The notes: a model not told the origin generated them from the letters alone. A stretch of 64,000 nucleotides of DNA from Pelagomonas calceolata (GCA_918797485.1 CAKKNE010000001.1:1302001-1366000), one strand, 5' to 3'; positions 11,201-21,106 are shown, counted from the first letter of the stretch. Made by a program: numbers and translations.

Positions 11201-11434
11201 ACTGAAACCAGAAGGACGCGGAAATTAGTGCATCAGCTCGAGACCGTGCGCGCCGAGAAAAAAAGAATCAAGGGTGCGGCGAAGGAGAAGAAGAAGGGCG
11301 AGCGGGCCAAGGAGCTCGCGAAGATCGACGCTTCCAGGCGCGCATCCTCAAAACTGAAGAACAAGGCCGCGCATAGGGCGCACGGCCGCGACCAAGCTAG
11401 AAAGCGGGCGAAGTTCACGAGTGGCGACGAGTAA
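8300..11434 (+). CDS. BMS1: Ribosome biogenesis GTPase BMS1
   Basis: GPRGSGKTTLIKSLVK, ADLVLLTVDASFGFEM, GVLTHLD, GWRRFQS, KYTPEHMHC and KFEGAQIKTVSGIRGSIKKA. Confidence 0.96.
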   Translation: MADQSNARHKPRKDGLAQSTKKAADRFRAGGQQSGKHKTRAFGVANLGRSKRSLQRNADRSHRKEVAATIRRDSGVAPTVIVVCGPRGSGKTTLIKSLVKLHTRHSLKTCAGPITIISGKDKRLTLIECPDDACALIDLCKVADLVLLTVDASFGFEMVTFEALACLQAHGFPKVVGVLTHLDKMKTNKALQQVKKALKHRFWQDVYDGAKVFYIGGILQSGKYPRNEMRQLALYVNRVKYRPLAWRNAHGYVVVDRVDDATPGSRIRADADCSRRADCYGYVRGARLKPGGSVHVPGLGDFSPESIEVLDDPLPLISKTSTLEKSDSVIYAPLSDVGGVAYDDDAVYIDLKTVAYSKEEDLDGEGRRAVTGGAADLVRRLQQPGSVDAKLEKSELRLFGGSRAVRGSTVEEDSAEDSSDSDSDESSSSEEEDAARASFFEESRLSLEKRKAAREAGDLGARVYGYEEEEEDDDDEDDEGDLFRRRGDGPAYKERKVAAEGLDASDDDDVAVAFDDDDVLEGAQHCFATVDDDEAYGDFENLDESDDDSSDGEDEAAPADNEEAPLEGREAIAAAKARAMAQKAEEEEDDDDFAADARQALRDRAAKTDSVFADDEERVALEGHRAGLYVRVRLEDVPRSFFDERDPARPIILGGLLPHECTPPSLLTARVRRHRWHGRILKARDPVVFSCGWRRFQSAPLYSLEDERQTRQRFLKYTPEHMHCGAHFRGYGVAPNTPLLGFHSLKSDCATFRVCLVGVVVKQETLSPVVKKLKLCGAPYRVEKNTAFIDGMFTSALEAAKFEGAQIKTVSGIRGSIKKAIREDASQAARRAGAPSGKAGAFRATFEDKLLLSDVVVCRLWVPVEPPPLCLPVANLLEAVSGDTLLARSVADVRRATETPIPVSKDSLYKGPIARAPRKFAPQKLPKKLVDQLPFASRPKEDAPRGKRDGYLKQREDASTGLAPRESTETRRTRKLVHQLETVRAEKKRIKGAAKEKKKGERAKELAKIDASRRASSKLKNKAAHRAHGRDQARKRAKFTSGDE

Positions 11435-11640
11435 AGGGGAGTAGTGTGTCAAGATCCGATTGGAAGAGTCGCTTGTTGCGCGCGCATCTGCGAGACAAAA
11501 CCCGACGTACTTCGTGAGATCATGCATGTCATCATGAGATCAATTCGCCTGCCACGGGGAGCCCGCTTGGCCGGGCAGCCCGCTTGACATCCCCGTGGAC
11601 GGGGCAGGAGTCAGCACGCTGTGCCGCCTCGGCCTGCAAC

Positions 11641-13002
11641 ATGCTCCTGCCCCTCCTGCTGCTCGCGGGGGCGGCCCGCACCGCCGCGCAGACGACAGAA
11701 GGGGGCTGCACGTGCCAGGAGGCATGCACGACGGCCAATCACCACCGGGAGTGGTGCAAAACAATAAATGCGTGCGGCACATATAGTTTGTGGGGCTACT
11801 ACTGGGACAATTGCGCGACGACGCCGACGCCGGGCGAGTCGACGAAGGGCGGCTGCACGTGCAAGAGCAGTTACACCTGGAACTGGAAAACGTATGACGG
11901 CTGCACGACCGACGACCACTACGCGAGCTGGTGCGCCGTCCAATCGCCGTGCTGCCCCTTTTTTGGGACGGTCGGCTGCTGGGACGAGTGCGGGACTGAG
12001 GGCGAGCCCTACGTGGTGCTGGAGTGGCCGGAATGGGGCGAAGACGACCCGTGCGAAGAAAAGCTGGACGCGTGGTGGGAGTGCATGCAGGACGAATGCG
12101 GCACGACCGAGGCCTCGGAGATGGGGGACACGCTCGGCGGGTTGCTGGGCGCGTGGCTACCCGGACGGACCAAATTCGGAAAACTGTGCAGCTTACTCTG
12201 TACCTTTTTAGGTTCGTGCGGGTGCCAGCAGGTCCTCGGGCAGATCGGCTCTGAAATATTCGGCATGCTGGGCCAGCTCGTCTTCGGCGGCGTCTCATTC
12301 CTGGCGAACTGCGGCGACATCCTCGCGGATTCCAAGGCGGCGAATGCCCAGGCGGATAGCATCCAGGGCAAGTCCTGCGAGGAGATCGGGGCCTCGAACG
12401 GCTTCGCGAGCGAGTGTGTCAACCTCCCCTACAACCGGGACATCTGCGTCGCCGAGTACCGCAGATACATCGAGTGCAAGTACGAGGACCAAGCGGAGCA
12501 GCAGAACCTGCTGAAGGACTGCCAGCTGACCTGCCCGACCGAAATCATCAACGCCGCGCCGACGCCGGCGCCGCGGTGGCCGACGCCGACGCCGACGTCC
12601 TCGGGGGTTGGCGCCGATGCGTCGGCGGGACTCATCGCGGGCGTCGTCGTGGGTGTCGCCGCGCTCGCCGCGATCGCCTTCGGGGCGTACTGGTTCATGC
12701 GCGCCAAGGGCGGCGCGGAGCCCGCGGAGCCCCCGATGATAGAGGTGGAAGAGATGGCACCGGGCCCGGTCCCGCGCAAGGATCAACTCTACGCCGCCGC
12801 CGTCCCAGTCGCTTCGGCGCCGCCGACCATGCCGCCGCCGCCGCCAGAGCCGGCTCAGGAGCGCCCCTCCATGCTGTCGAGGCTGGCGTCCTGGCGGGCG
12901 CCGGCTGCTGAGGCGCCGACCGGGCGCAACTTGTTCTGCACTGCGTGCGGCGCCCCGGTCCAGGGCCCGTTCTGTACGCAGTGCGGCGCCCGCGTGCAGT
13001 AA
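11641..13002 (+). CDS. Cys-rich type I membrane protein (FN2-like modules, TM helix, C-terminal zinc ribbon)
   Basis: Signal peptide MLLPLLLLAGAA; GCTCKSSYTWNWKTYDGCTTDDHYASWC resembles fibronectin type II; TM segment AGLIAGVVVGVAALAAIAFGAYWF; tail CTACG...FCTQCG. Confidence 0.75.
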   Translation: MLLPLLLLAGAARTAAQTTEGGCTCQEACTTANHHREWCKTINACGTYSLWGYYWDNCATTPTPGESTKGGCTCKSSYTWNWKTYDGCTTDDHYASWCAVQSPCCPFFGTVGCWDECGTEGEPYVVLEWPEWGEDDPCEEKLDAWWECMQDECGTTEASEMGDTLGGLLGAWLPGRTKFGKLCSLLCTFLGSCGCQQVLGQIGSEIFGMLGQLVFGGVSFLANCGDILADSKAANAQADSIQGKSCEEIGASNGFASECVNLPYNRDICVAEYRRYIECKYEDQAEQQNLLKDCQLTCPTEIINAAPTPAPRWPTPTPTSSGVGADASAGLIAGVVVGVAALAAIAFGAYWFMRAKGGAEPAEPPMIEVEEMAPGPVPRKDQLYAAAVPVASAPPTMPPPPPEPAQERPSMLSRLASWRAPAAEAPTGRNLFCTACGAPVQGPFCTQCGARVQ

Positions 13003-13182
13003 GAGTTACTACCCACCGATACGCCGTCGAAGCGGCGAGTCTTTGATTCCACGCCGTCGACGCGGCGAGTCTTATTGATTCCACAATTAGTTAGGCGTCG
13101 GGGGAAGGAAAGGGAAAGGAGATGACTGGCTAACTTCGGGGATGCGACTTCCGACGAGGACGCGGACCCAAAGGGCACGCGG

Positions 13183-13572
13183 CTAGTAGCCATTGGTCGG
13201 GTGGTAGTCGAACGTCGCCGGGTCCGCACCTAATCTACGGCCCTGGCCCAGGTCGATGCCCTTCTTCGCCGCCAGGTACCAGGACCCCGGCGAGTAGGGC
13301 TCCGCGCAGAAGCTCACCTCGTTCGCGATCTTGAAGCGGTCGCCGATGCAGAGTAAGCCGTCGTCGTTCTTGTCCGGTTGATCATAAAACTGGCAGTCGG
13401 CGCGCTTCCGGCGCGGCCGCGCGACGAGGTGGCTCGCGTCGAAGGGCGCGCAGTCCAAATCAGAAGTGAGGCGGCGGCTCTGGCGGCCCGACTTCGGCCA
13501 GACCCTGATCCAGTCCTCTAACGCGACCGCTGTCGTCGCCGCTAGCGCGGCGATTAGCGTGAGGCGGCGCAT
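13183..13572 (-). CDS. Hypothetical secreted protein
   Basis: ATG at 13572, hydrophobic N-terminus (RLTLIAALAATTAVA), GC3-biased codons. Confidence 0.6.
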   Translation of the reverse strand: MRRLTLIAALAATTAVALEDWIRVWPKSGRQSRRLTSDLDCAPFDASHLVARPRRKRADCQFYDQPDKNDDGLLCIGDRFKIANEVSFCAEPYSPGSWYLAAKKGIDLGQGRRLGADPATFDYHPTNGY

Positions 13573-14226
13573 CAAAGCTGTTTATGCACGTGGCTGAGGT
13601 ATTTGGCCTCGTTTGCTGCGGCGCGCGTGAGGATGCGATTGGTTCCGCGCGGGACGTGGCGTGCGCGACCGTGACGCGCTGCAGGAGTACTGGTTGCTCC
13701 GCTGATTGCGCGTAGCTCGAGCGTGCTAAAATGCTCTCGAGTCGGCCCAAATCAGGCAAAATGGGAACGACTGCCGAAGCGCCGAGTCAGGGACGAGTCG
13801 TCGCCGCCACACAACCACGAGGACGGGTAGATACGCATCTCCGAAGAAGACGAGCACTGCAGACAATCGACTAACGTGCGGGGTCAAGCCGCTCCCAGCT
13901 CGCTCCGCTTTTGGCCCAGTTTTCGCGGGTATACGGGCATACTTGACTGGTGAGTGCTGTCCAATCTTACAACCGGGCCTAATCGCCACGCTAGAGCAGA
14001 AGAAAGCGGCTCGCCGGACCCAGTGGACGCCACAATCAAGGCTAAAGAGGTAGCGCACGCGCTGCTCCAAAAGCGGCAGCGCAGCGCGCCGCACATTCGC
14101 ACGGTTCGGTACAGCATTATATACGCTGTCGCAAATACACGAGACGTCTCCTCCCGAGAAAACCGCCGTCTCCGCTCACCGCCCCGCCGCCCGCAGGCAG
14201 TCGATCGACAACAGCGCCACGAAACC

Positions 14227-14397
14227 ATGCTCAAGGCGGGCCAGGCGGCGACGCGCGTCGTGCGCGCCTGCGTCAAGGACGCCAAGGCCGCGGCCCTCGC
14301 GAGCGAGGCCAAGAGCTACTACACGGTCATCAAGTACGAGACGACGGGCGGCCAGGCGAAGGAGCTGTCGCGCGAGACCTTCGGGCAGAAGGAGTAG
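14227..14397 (+). CDS. Small hypothetical protein (56 aa)
   Basis: ACCATG context and near-pure GC3 codon usage: MLKAGQAATRVVRACVKDAK...FGQKE. Confidence 0.45.
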   Translation: MLKAGQAATRVVRACVKDAKAAALASEAKSYYTVIKYETTGGQAKELSRETFGQKE

Positions 14398-14744
14398 AGA
14401 GTAAGACGTGTTTATTTAAACCGTCGCGCGTCGTCGACGCCGGTACGAAGAGTATACTTTGCGTCGTAGACCGCGCGATCTCTGGGTCGACGGGGTTGGT
14501 GGTTCCGGTGCCAAGCCTAGTGGGCGGAGCCCCTGGGCTGGGGGGGAGACACCGCGCCCGGGTCGGGACCCCGCACCATCCGTTGCGAGTTTTGTGTGCC
14601 AAATTGTGGCAAACAATCACGCCCACAAGTGCGTGAGGCGCGCGCGTCGTGCATCCGGACCGCCGCGGCGCCGGGGGGCTGCCCGCACGCGGTTTGGGGA
14701 AGATGGCCAGCTGACAGGGCCAGGCATGCCCGCCCCCTAAACCT

Positions 14745-15535
14745 ATGCACAAAGCCCTGAAGCTCAAGCGCGTCGCCGACGCCCTCGCGGCGGCCGGCGG
14801 CGGCTGGCTGCCCTTGACTTTAAAAGCGTGGCGCAAGTACGTGAGGCGCAAGCGCGGCAAGGAGAACAAGCCGCCCGCCCTACCGCCGCCGCCGCCCGTC
14901 GCAGAACCGCCGGTCCTGGACACTTGTGCAAAACTCCAACCGCCGTCGCCGCCCCTCTGCCAGACGTACGCGGCGCCGCCCGTCCCGCCGCCGCGGCGCC
15001 GCCCGCTGCGCGGCGCGTTGAGAGAAGAGGCCGTCCAGCTCGCCGCGCTCTTGGAGCGGCGCCGCGCGGCGTCGGCCACCTACCTCCTGGAGCAGCACCA
15101 ATCGAAAGCCACGCGGCGCCGCCTGACCGCGCGGCCCAAACCCATTCAGTCAAAACGGTTCGGCTGGCTCAAGATGCAGGGCGCCCGTTCTCCCGCGGAC
15201 AAGACGGCGCAGCAGGCGCTCAAGATCTTTCCCGCCTTGCGGTGCCTCGAGGTCGCGTCCGGTGCGCGCGCGGCGTCCGTCATTCGACGGCGTGGAGGTG
15301 GCGCGTACGTGTCCCCCACCCGCACGCCATCGCCGCGACCGCGTCTTCGCTCGACGCGTCGACGGCGCGGAGAGGATACGACGTCGAAAGCGTCGACATG
15401 GCGTGACGATCACCTCACACAGGCGTCGCCTCGAACCTCTTCGACCGCTTCGCGACAGCAGTACTAGTAGTAGAGTTCTACCTGACGGACGACCTGCCGC
15501 GGGTCATGGAGCCTCCTGTGGCCGTGGACCCCTGA
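14745..15535 (+). CDS. Hypothetical protein, 2 exons
   Basis: Putative GT-AG intron 15262-15422 (GTGCGC...CACACAG, 161 bp) joins ...CLEVASG to VASNLFDRFATAVLVVEFY...DP*. Confidence 0.5.
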
Positions 15536-15559
15536 TGCCCGGTGCGCGGCGGCCGCTCC

Positions 15560-15907
15560 ATGAATTTATTGAATGACTTCGCGGCCAAGTATAGACAGGG
15601 CGACGTAGCACTACCAGCAAATTGCGTCACCTTCGCCGCAATTTGCGTCGACGACAACCCGAAGCGATGCCGCGTCAACGCTCAACGCAAGTGGCCCCAC
15701 CTCGCCCACTTCTGGGTCGAGGCCGCGCAGATCGCAAAGTGCCGCGTCGCCTTCGTGCCCAACCGCTGCGTCGTGCGGTGCGCTGATCGTTCAGTGGTCA
15801 AGTGGTGGGACGGCTCGCACGGGAACGTCCTGCGGGGGCCGCACGGCGCGTCGCGCGCGAACGGGTCCCAGTCTCTGGCTCGAGCCATCGCCGACGCCCT
15901 CGCTTGA
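15560..15907 (+). CDS. Hypothetical protein, possibly thioredoxin-like fold
   Basis: ATG ORF with GC3 bias; weak pattern only (FAAICVDD, RVAFVPNRCVV). Confidence 0.35.
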   Translation: MNLLNDFAAKYRQGDVALPANCVTFAAICVDDNPKRCRVNAQRKWPHLAHFWVEAAQIAKCRVAFVPNRCVVRCADRSVVKWWDGSHGNVLRGPHGASRANGSQSLARAIADALA

Positions 15908-16192
15908 AGTGTGAATATGCGCTACATGACGGCCCGCGTCTCAACTCGGGACGCGGGCCCGACCGCGCAGTGCCGCTTTGGGCGACTTATCGTTAACTAT
16001 GTCGTTTTTATATCGTCGCGGCGATGGCGTTCTTGCCTTGCTTGAGGTGCTTGTCCCGACGCGGCCTTTGGCGTTGCCTGGCCCTAACCGCTCGTAGGAT
16101 TAAGCCTGGCTGCCACTAGCTCCTGCGACCCGTGGCGTCAAACAAAACGGTTTTCACACCCCGCGCCCTGGCTCCGCGCGGAATCCGCGTGG

Positions 16193-16214
16193 GCTAGCGG
16201 TGTAAGACACTAGA
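16193..16214 (+). promoter_or_regulatory. Upstream motif copy (before SNF2 gene)
   Basis: GCTAGCGGTGTAAGACACTAGA. Confidence 0.6.
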
Positions 16215-16392
16215 AATTTCTGCCGGGCGCGCAGCCGCGGCAGCGCCTTGTTGTGCGTGTCTTCGCAGTCACCACGCCAAATTCCTCGTCCTCGGACAGC
16301 TGCGCTGCGCTCCAGCCAACCTCAGTCCAGCAGAGGGCCGAGAGCGCCTGCGTTTTGAGCGCACCCAACAAGCTGCTAATTTGAATGCGCCG

Positions 16393-16474
16393 CGCGCGAG
16401 GTGATCGCATAGCTCACAACAGCAACGCATAGCCGCGCGAGGTGATCGCATAGCTCGCAACAGCGACGCATAGC
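16393..16474 (+). repeat. 41-bp tandem duplication just upstream of the SNF2 start codon
   Basis: CGCGCGAGGTGATCGCATAGCTC(A/G)CAACAGC(A/G)ACGCATAGC occurs twice with 2 mismatches. Confidence 0.9.
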
Positions 16475-16478
16475 AAAA

Positions 16479-18608
16479 ATGGCCCAGCGCAAACCTTTCA
16501 CGTTCTCGCAGCCAGCCGCGAGCAAGCCGCCGCCACCACCTCAACGACCAAAACCCCAGCCGCCGCCGGCGTCGGCGCGCGCCCAGCTCCTGCTGGCGAA
16601 CAGCGCGAAGATCCGCGCCAAGCAGCCCGCGCCTCCGCCGAAGAAGAAGCCACGGACCGAGCGGCGGCCGCGCCCGCCCAAAAAGCGGGAGCCCGCGCAC
16701 CCCTCGCTCCTCGATATGAAGGCCCACGGCCTCACAAGAGAGAACGCCGCTAGGATAGTGCAGCGCCACGCGACGGCCGCGCCGGTCGTTGCTGAACCAA
16801 CGGAGTGGCGGCCGCCACCGGCACAAAAAGAACTTCCGAACCTCCCGAAAGCGCAAGGCTTCTACGGGTCCAAGGACGAGAAGCAGACGGCCCAGGAAAC
16901 CGCAAGGGGATTACATGGCGTCCAGCTCACGGAACGCCTTACGAATGTACTGCGACCGCACCAACTGGAAGGCGTCCAGTGGCTCTGTGCGAGGCTCTGG
17001 CAGCGCCAGGGGTGCCTGCTGGCGGATGAGATGGGCCTCGGGAAGACGGCGACGTGTTTAGCTTCACTGGCCGTGCTGATGGGTATCGAAGGGTCGAGTG
17101 CGCGGCCCACTACTAAATCTTTTCGGAGCGTCGTGTGCTGCCCGGCCGGTGTGCAGCGCACCTGGGCGAGCGAAGCGTCAAAATGGTTAAGGCCGACGCC
17201 GGAGGCCGCCGCGCGGGCTCAAGCGGGAGGACCTAGACATCTCGCCGTGTTTTCTTCTGTTGATGTACAGGAAGCTCGAGCTCACGCCAGACAAAAAAGA
17301 TTGCAAGAGCGCGTCGACGCGCGGTCCCGCAAGAAGTGGACGGGTCAGGAATCATATAATGATTCCATAGACGACGACGCCATCGGGCGCTTCGCCAAAT
17401 GCGCTTTGGAGGAGAAGCCTTTGCTTATTCTATCGTACGAGGCTTATCGGGCCCACGCCGAGCGCATCCAGGCGATCCGAGACGTGGGGTTGCTCATCCT
17501 GGACGAAGCGCATCGCTTGAAGGGCGGCGACTGCGTCCAAGTGAACGAGTGCGTTGCGAGGGATCGGGCGCCTCGTAGATTGTTAGTGACCGCAACGCCG
17601 GTGCAAAACAGTGTAGATGATCTCCGGAGTCTCCTGGAGCTGGCGAACGCAGTACCTGAAAAGGCTTCTGAGTCGATACTGAGGGAGGCCCTTCGCACAA
17701 AAACGCTGCGGAGGTCTGTACACGAGAGTCCCCTGAATCTGCCGCCGTTACGAGAATGTGTGGTCTACTGCCGCCCTTCAGCTACACAAAGACGGGTCCA
17801 CGCGGCACAGGGCGGCAACGCCCTCGCGCGGGTCAACCGGTCGAGGCATCTGTTGTCCTCTGTGAACGCTCTTGACGACACTTGTGACGACCTCACAAGC
17901 GTGGCCAAGTGGGCCTTCGCGACGTCGTTGCTCGAAGCTTGTCGCGCGAGGAACGAGCGCGTCGTTTTGGTCTCACAGTTCAGCGGGCCCTTACGAGCGG
18001 CGGAACGGTTAGCCTCGTCAAAGAACTGGCCCTGTCGGACGATCGACGGCGCGACGTCCCTCGAAGCGCGGCACGACGCCCAATCTAAGTTAAATGGCAC
18101 CGAGGACTTCTTTCTACTCTGTCTGGCGTTGCGAGCGGGTGGCGTCGGGCTCACACTCACTGGAGCGTCGCGGATCGTTCTCTTCGAGCCGTCGTGGAAC
18201 CCCTCGGACGATTCGCAAGCGGTCGCGCGCGTCTGGCGCTGGGGCCAGCGGCGGGAGACTCGTGTTTATAGACTGGCGACTTCCGATTCGATAGAAGAGC
18301 GCGTCTTGACGAGGCAGGCCGCGAAGGTGAAACTCTGCGAGCGCGTGGCCCACCTGCAGCGGGCCGAAGCTTTGTTGGATACGTGTAAGCTCGAAGCGGC
18401 GTTCGACGCCGACGCGAAGCGCAACGAAGATGCATCACAACTGTGTGCGTTGGGCGCGGGAGGGGTGGAGGTGGCCTGCGCCGCGGCGCGCGCGGCGGAC
18501 GCCGCCTTCGTCGCTTGTGATCCGGTTTTAGAAGAGGCGTCTTCATCACTCGTGGACGGGGAGCCCGTCGTGCGGGGCGTGCGGTGTCGAGCTAGAATCT
18601 CCTATTAA
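16479..18608 (+). CDS. SNF2-family helicase, RAD54-like
   Basis: LRPHQLEG, LLADEMGLGKT, LILDEAHRLK, TATPVQN, GGVGLTLTGASRIVLFEPSWNPSDDSQAVARVWRWGQ. Confidence 0.9.
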   Translation: MAQRKPFTFSQPAASKPPPPPQRPKPQPPPASARAQLLLANSAKIRAKQPAPPPKKKPRTERRPRPPKKREPAHPSLLDMKAHGLTRENAARIVQRHATAAPVVAEPTEWRPPPAQKELPNLPKAQGFYGSKDEKQTAQETARGLHGVQLTERLTNVLRPHQLEGVQWLCARLWQRQGCLLADEMGLGKTATCLASLAVLMGIEGSSARPTTKSFRSVVCCPAGVQRTWASEASKWLRPTPEAAARAQAGGPRHLAVFSSVDVQEARAHARQKRLQERVDARSRKKWTGQESYNDSIDDDAIGRFAKCALEEKPLLILSYEAYRAHAERIQAIRDVGLLILDEAHRLKGGDCVQVNECVARDRAPRRLLVTATPVQNSVDDLRSLLELANAVPEKASESILREALRTKTLRRSVHESPLNLPPLRECVVYCRPSATQRRVHAAQGGNALARVNRSRHLLSSVNALDDTCDDLTSVAKWAFATSLLEACRARNERVVLVSQFSGPLRAAERLASSKNWPCRTIDGATSLEARHDAQSKLNGTEDFFLLCLALRAGGVGLTLTGASRIVLFEPSWNPSDDSQAVARVWRWGQRRETRVYRLATSDSIEERVLTRQAAKVKLCERVAHLQRAEALLDTCKLEAAFDADAKRNEDASQLCALGAGGVEVACAAARAADAAFVACDPVLEEASSSLVDGEPVVRGVRCRARISY

Positions 18609-18654
18609 CGGTGTAATTAGTGTGAACGTACGACTCGACAGCGATCGATCGGAA

Positions 18655-20682
18655 TCAGGACCGCGCCTTGGCCCGGTCGAAATAGCGGTGCCACGCGGGC
18701 GTCGACTCGTAGAGGTCCTCCTCCTCGCTCTCCTGGTCCGACCCTTCGCTTTCCTCGGACCAGTACGTCGCGTAGCGCGGTCGCGACGAAGACTCCTGCA
18801 GCTCGTCGTGCGCCGCCGAGATGCGCTGGAACATGAGGTGGGCCCTATATTTATGTTCCGGCGTGCCGGAGGCCTGGCGGTCGGGGTGCCACTGTAAACT
18901 TTTTTTCCGGTAGGCCTTTTTGAGCTCCGCGGGCGAACAGCGAGGCGACTCCAATCCGAGGAGTTCGTGGGGCCGCCGACTGGCCTTGGCTCGTTCCGCT
19001 TGGGCTTTCGATCGCCACGTTCGCGCCTTCTGAACATCATCGGCATCGTCCGCGAGACTCTCCCAGGCTTCTGCTGCTTTCGCATGTTCCAGGAGCTTCG
19101 CGTCGCATTCCGCCCGGCGATCGGCCGCGACGGGGTACTTGGCGTCCCCACCAGCTGCTAAACAAGCTTCCAATAGCCCATTCCTCGCGGCCAGGAACTG
19201 GCCGAGGGCCATCAAGCTTCTAGCTCGGTTATGTTGTAAAGTTGCCACACTTTGACTCTTGGGGTACCTCGCGTCATTCTTCGGGAGCTTCGCGAGCTCA
19301 GCTAAAGCTTGGTCGTACGAATCCAGGGCCAACGCGTGCTCGCCCTCTTTGCACAAGCGATTCGCGCGCGCCGCCCGCGCCCAGAACAACAACCCCGGAT
19401 CTCTCAAAACTTTTTCCGTCCGCGTCCAGCGCATCTTGGACGCACAGTCGGCCGCCGTCTGCCCTTCATCGTCCACGGCGTCGAGGCGCGCGTTGCACTT
19501 CGACACTAAGAAGCGCGCGAGCTCGGACCTATTATGCCTCGCTGCGGCATGGAGGGGCGTGGCGCCGCCCAATCGTGTTGACGTGGCGTTGGCGTTGGCG
19601 CCGCGCGTCACCAACAACTTCGCGACGGCGTCGTGGCCGGCCACGATGGCGGCATGTAAAGCCGGCACGTCCGTCGCCGGCGCCGCGACGACGGGCCACT
19701 CGGGCATCGCCTCGACGTCGCAGCAGGCGCGCTCCGCGTTCGCGCCCAAATCTAAAAGTTGTTGGGCGACGCGCGCGTGGCGGCCGACGGCGGCTCTCGC
19801 GACGCCCAGGCTCAAAACGCTCTCGCCGGCGTCCCTTAACGATTCGCGCGCTTCCGTAAAGGCGCGGTCCGGCGCCCGGCCCAGGGCACTCGCGTCGACG
19901 AGTTGTGACGGTGGCGAGAACTTTAGCGCCGACGCCACGCGCAGGGCGGCGGCGTGCGTCCGGCGCCTCCGTAGTATCTCGGCTTTTCTTGCCGCGACGG
20001 CCGCGTCCTCGGGCGGGGCCGCGGTCTCGGGGTCTTCTTCTTCCTCCTCCTCCGGCGTTTCCGATTTCGTGGGCGACGGCGGCGGCGACGCCGCCGCCGC
20101 GGCGTCCCCCTCGACGCAGGCGCGGCACCGCCGCGTCGCCGCCTTCGCCTGCCACTGCTTGTTGCTGTAGCTCGCCTTGGGGCACGGCTTCTCGCACTCG
20201 GCGCAGACGCGCGTGAGCTCCGGCGGCGGCGTGTTCTCGTCGGCCGGCGGCGGCGGCGGTAAGTCTGCCGGCTCAGAGGCCGCGACCGGCGTGTCCGCGT
20301 CGTCCTCGTCCTCCTTCGGCGGCTCCTGCGCGAGGTCCGCGATCAGAAACAATGCCCCCAGCACGCGGACCTGCTCGTCCTTCAAATCACGAGCCAGCTC
20401 CGCCTTCTCCGCGGTCACTGATTTCACCATATCGCTTGCGATCTCAGCATCGTGCTTCGCCGCCGCGAGGTCCCTCTCTAGTTTGGCAACCTTGTCGCCC
20501 ATTTCAGTAATGGTGTCCTCGGCCTCGTTGAGCTGGTCCCGTAGGTCGGCTTCCGCCTGCTTGCGCTTTCGCTCCCAGGCCATGGTGATCTGGAGCACCT
20601 CCGTCGACATCTCGTCGTCGTCGTCGTCCGCCCGACGCCTCCTGGGAGGACTCCTCGGGCTCCAGGCCGACCGACGAGCCAT
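18655..20682 (-). CDS. Multidomain co-chaperone: coiled coil, Cys4 (Stc1-like) finger, ankyrin, TPR and C-terminal DnaJ domain
   Basis: J domain with HPD (ELKKAYRKKSLQWHPDR); ankyrin motifs GATPLHAAAR and ALHAAIVAGH; CAEC...SNKQW...CRAC. First ATG in frame taken at 20682. Confidence 0.85.
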   Translation of the reverse strand: MARRSAWSPRSPPRRRRADDDDDEMSTEVLQITMAWERKRKQAEADLRDQLNEAEDTITEMGDKVAKLERDLAAAKHDAEIASDMVKSVTAEKAELARDLKDEQVRVLGALFLIADLAQEPPKEDEDDADTPVAASEPADLPPPPPADENTPPPELTRVCAECEKPCPKASYSNKQWQAKAATRRCRACVEGDAAAAASPPPSPTKSETPEEEEEEDPETAAPPEDAAVAARKAEILRRRRTHAAALRVASALKFSPPSQLVDASALGRAPDRAFTEARESLRDAGESVLSLGVARAAVGRHARVAQQLLDLGANAERACCDVEAMPEWPVVAAPATDVPALHAAIVAGHDAVAKLLVTRGANANATSTRLGGATPLHAAARHNRSELARFLVSKCNARLDAVDDEGQTAADCASKMRWTRTEKVLRDPGLLFWARAARANRLCKEGEHALALDSYDQALAELAKLPKNDARYPKSQSVATLQHNRARSLMALGQFLAARNGLLEACLAAGGDAKYPVAADRRAECDAKLLEHAKAAEAWESLADDADDVQKARTWRSKAQAERAKASRRPHELLGLESPRCSPAELKKAYRKKSLQWHPDRQASGTPEHKYRAHLMFQRISAAHDELQESSSRPRYATYWSEESEGSDQESEEEDLYESTPAWHRYFDRAKARS

Positions 20683-21082
20683 GGTTGCTGCTGCCGGCAC
20701 CGCACTGGGCAGCCCTATCCAGCCGCGCGCCGGCTGCCGAAAGAGAGCAATTGATTTTAAAATCGGGTTCTCTATTCTTACTCTCTCTTCGCGGCGGGAA
20801 TGGTCGCGGCCGGCGCCGGCGGGAAGAGGAGCAGCAAGTTGGGCACGACGTCGGCGCTCTTGAGCATGTCCCGGCAGACGCCCTCGATCGCGCCGACGAC
20901 CGTCGCCGTGGCAAATGCATAGCCAGTCCATTGCGGATCGGCAGGCTAACCGGCGCGCTCGCGCCGGATCTCGACGGGAAAGCGTCTCCACAGTATAGAG
21001 AGATCCAGAGCCGGCTTCTACGGTTGGCGCTCGCCCGATCCAAGGCCGTTCCCAATCTCCTCCGAGCGAATTATCGCGTGAA

Positions 21083-21106
21083 GCTAGCGGCCTGTAAGAC
21101 ACTAGC
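21083..21106 (+). promoter_or_regulatory. Upstream motif copy (before DnaJ/ankyrin gene)
   Basis: GCTAGCGGCCTGTAAGACACTAGC. Confidence 0.6.
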
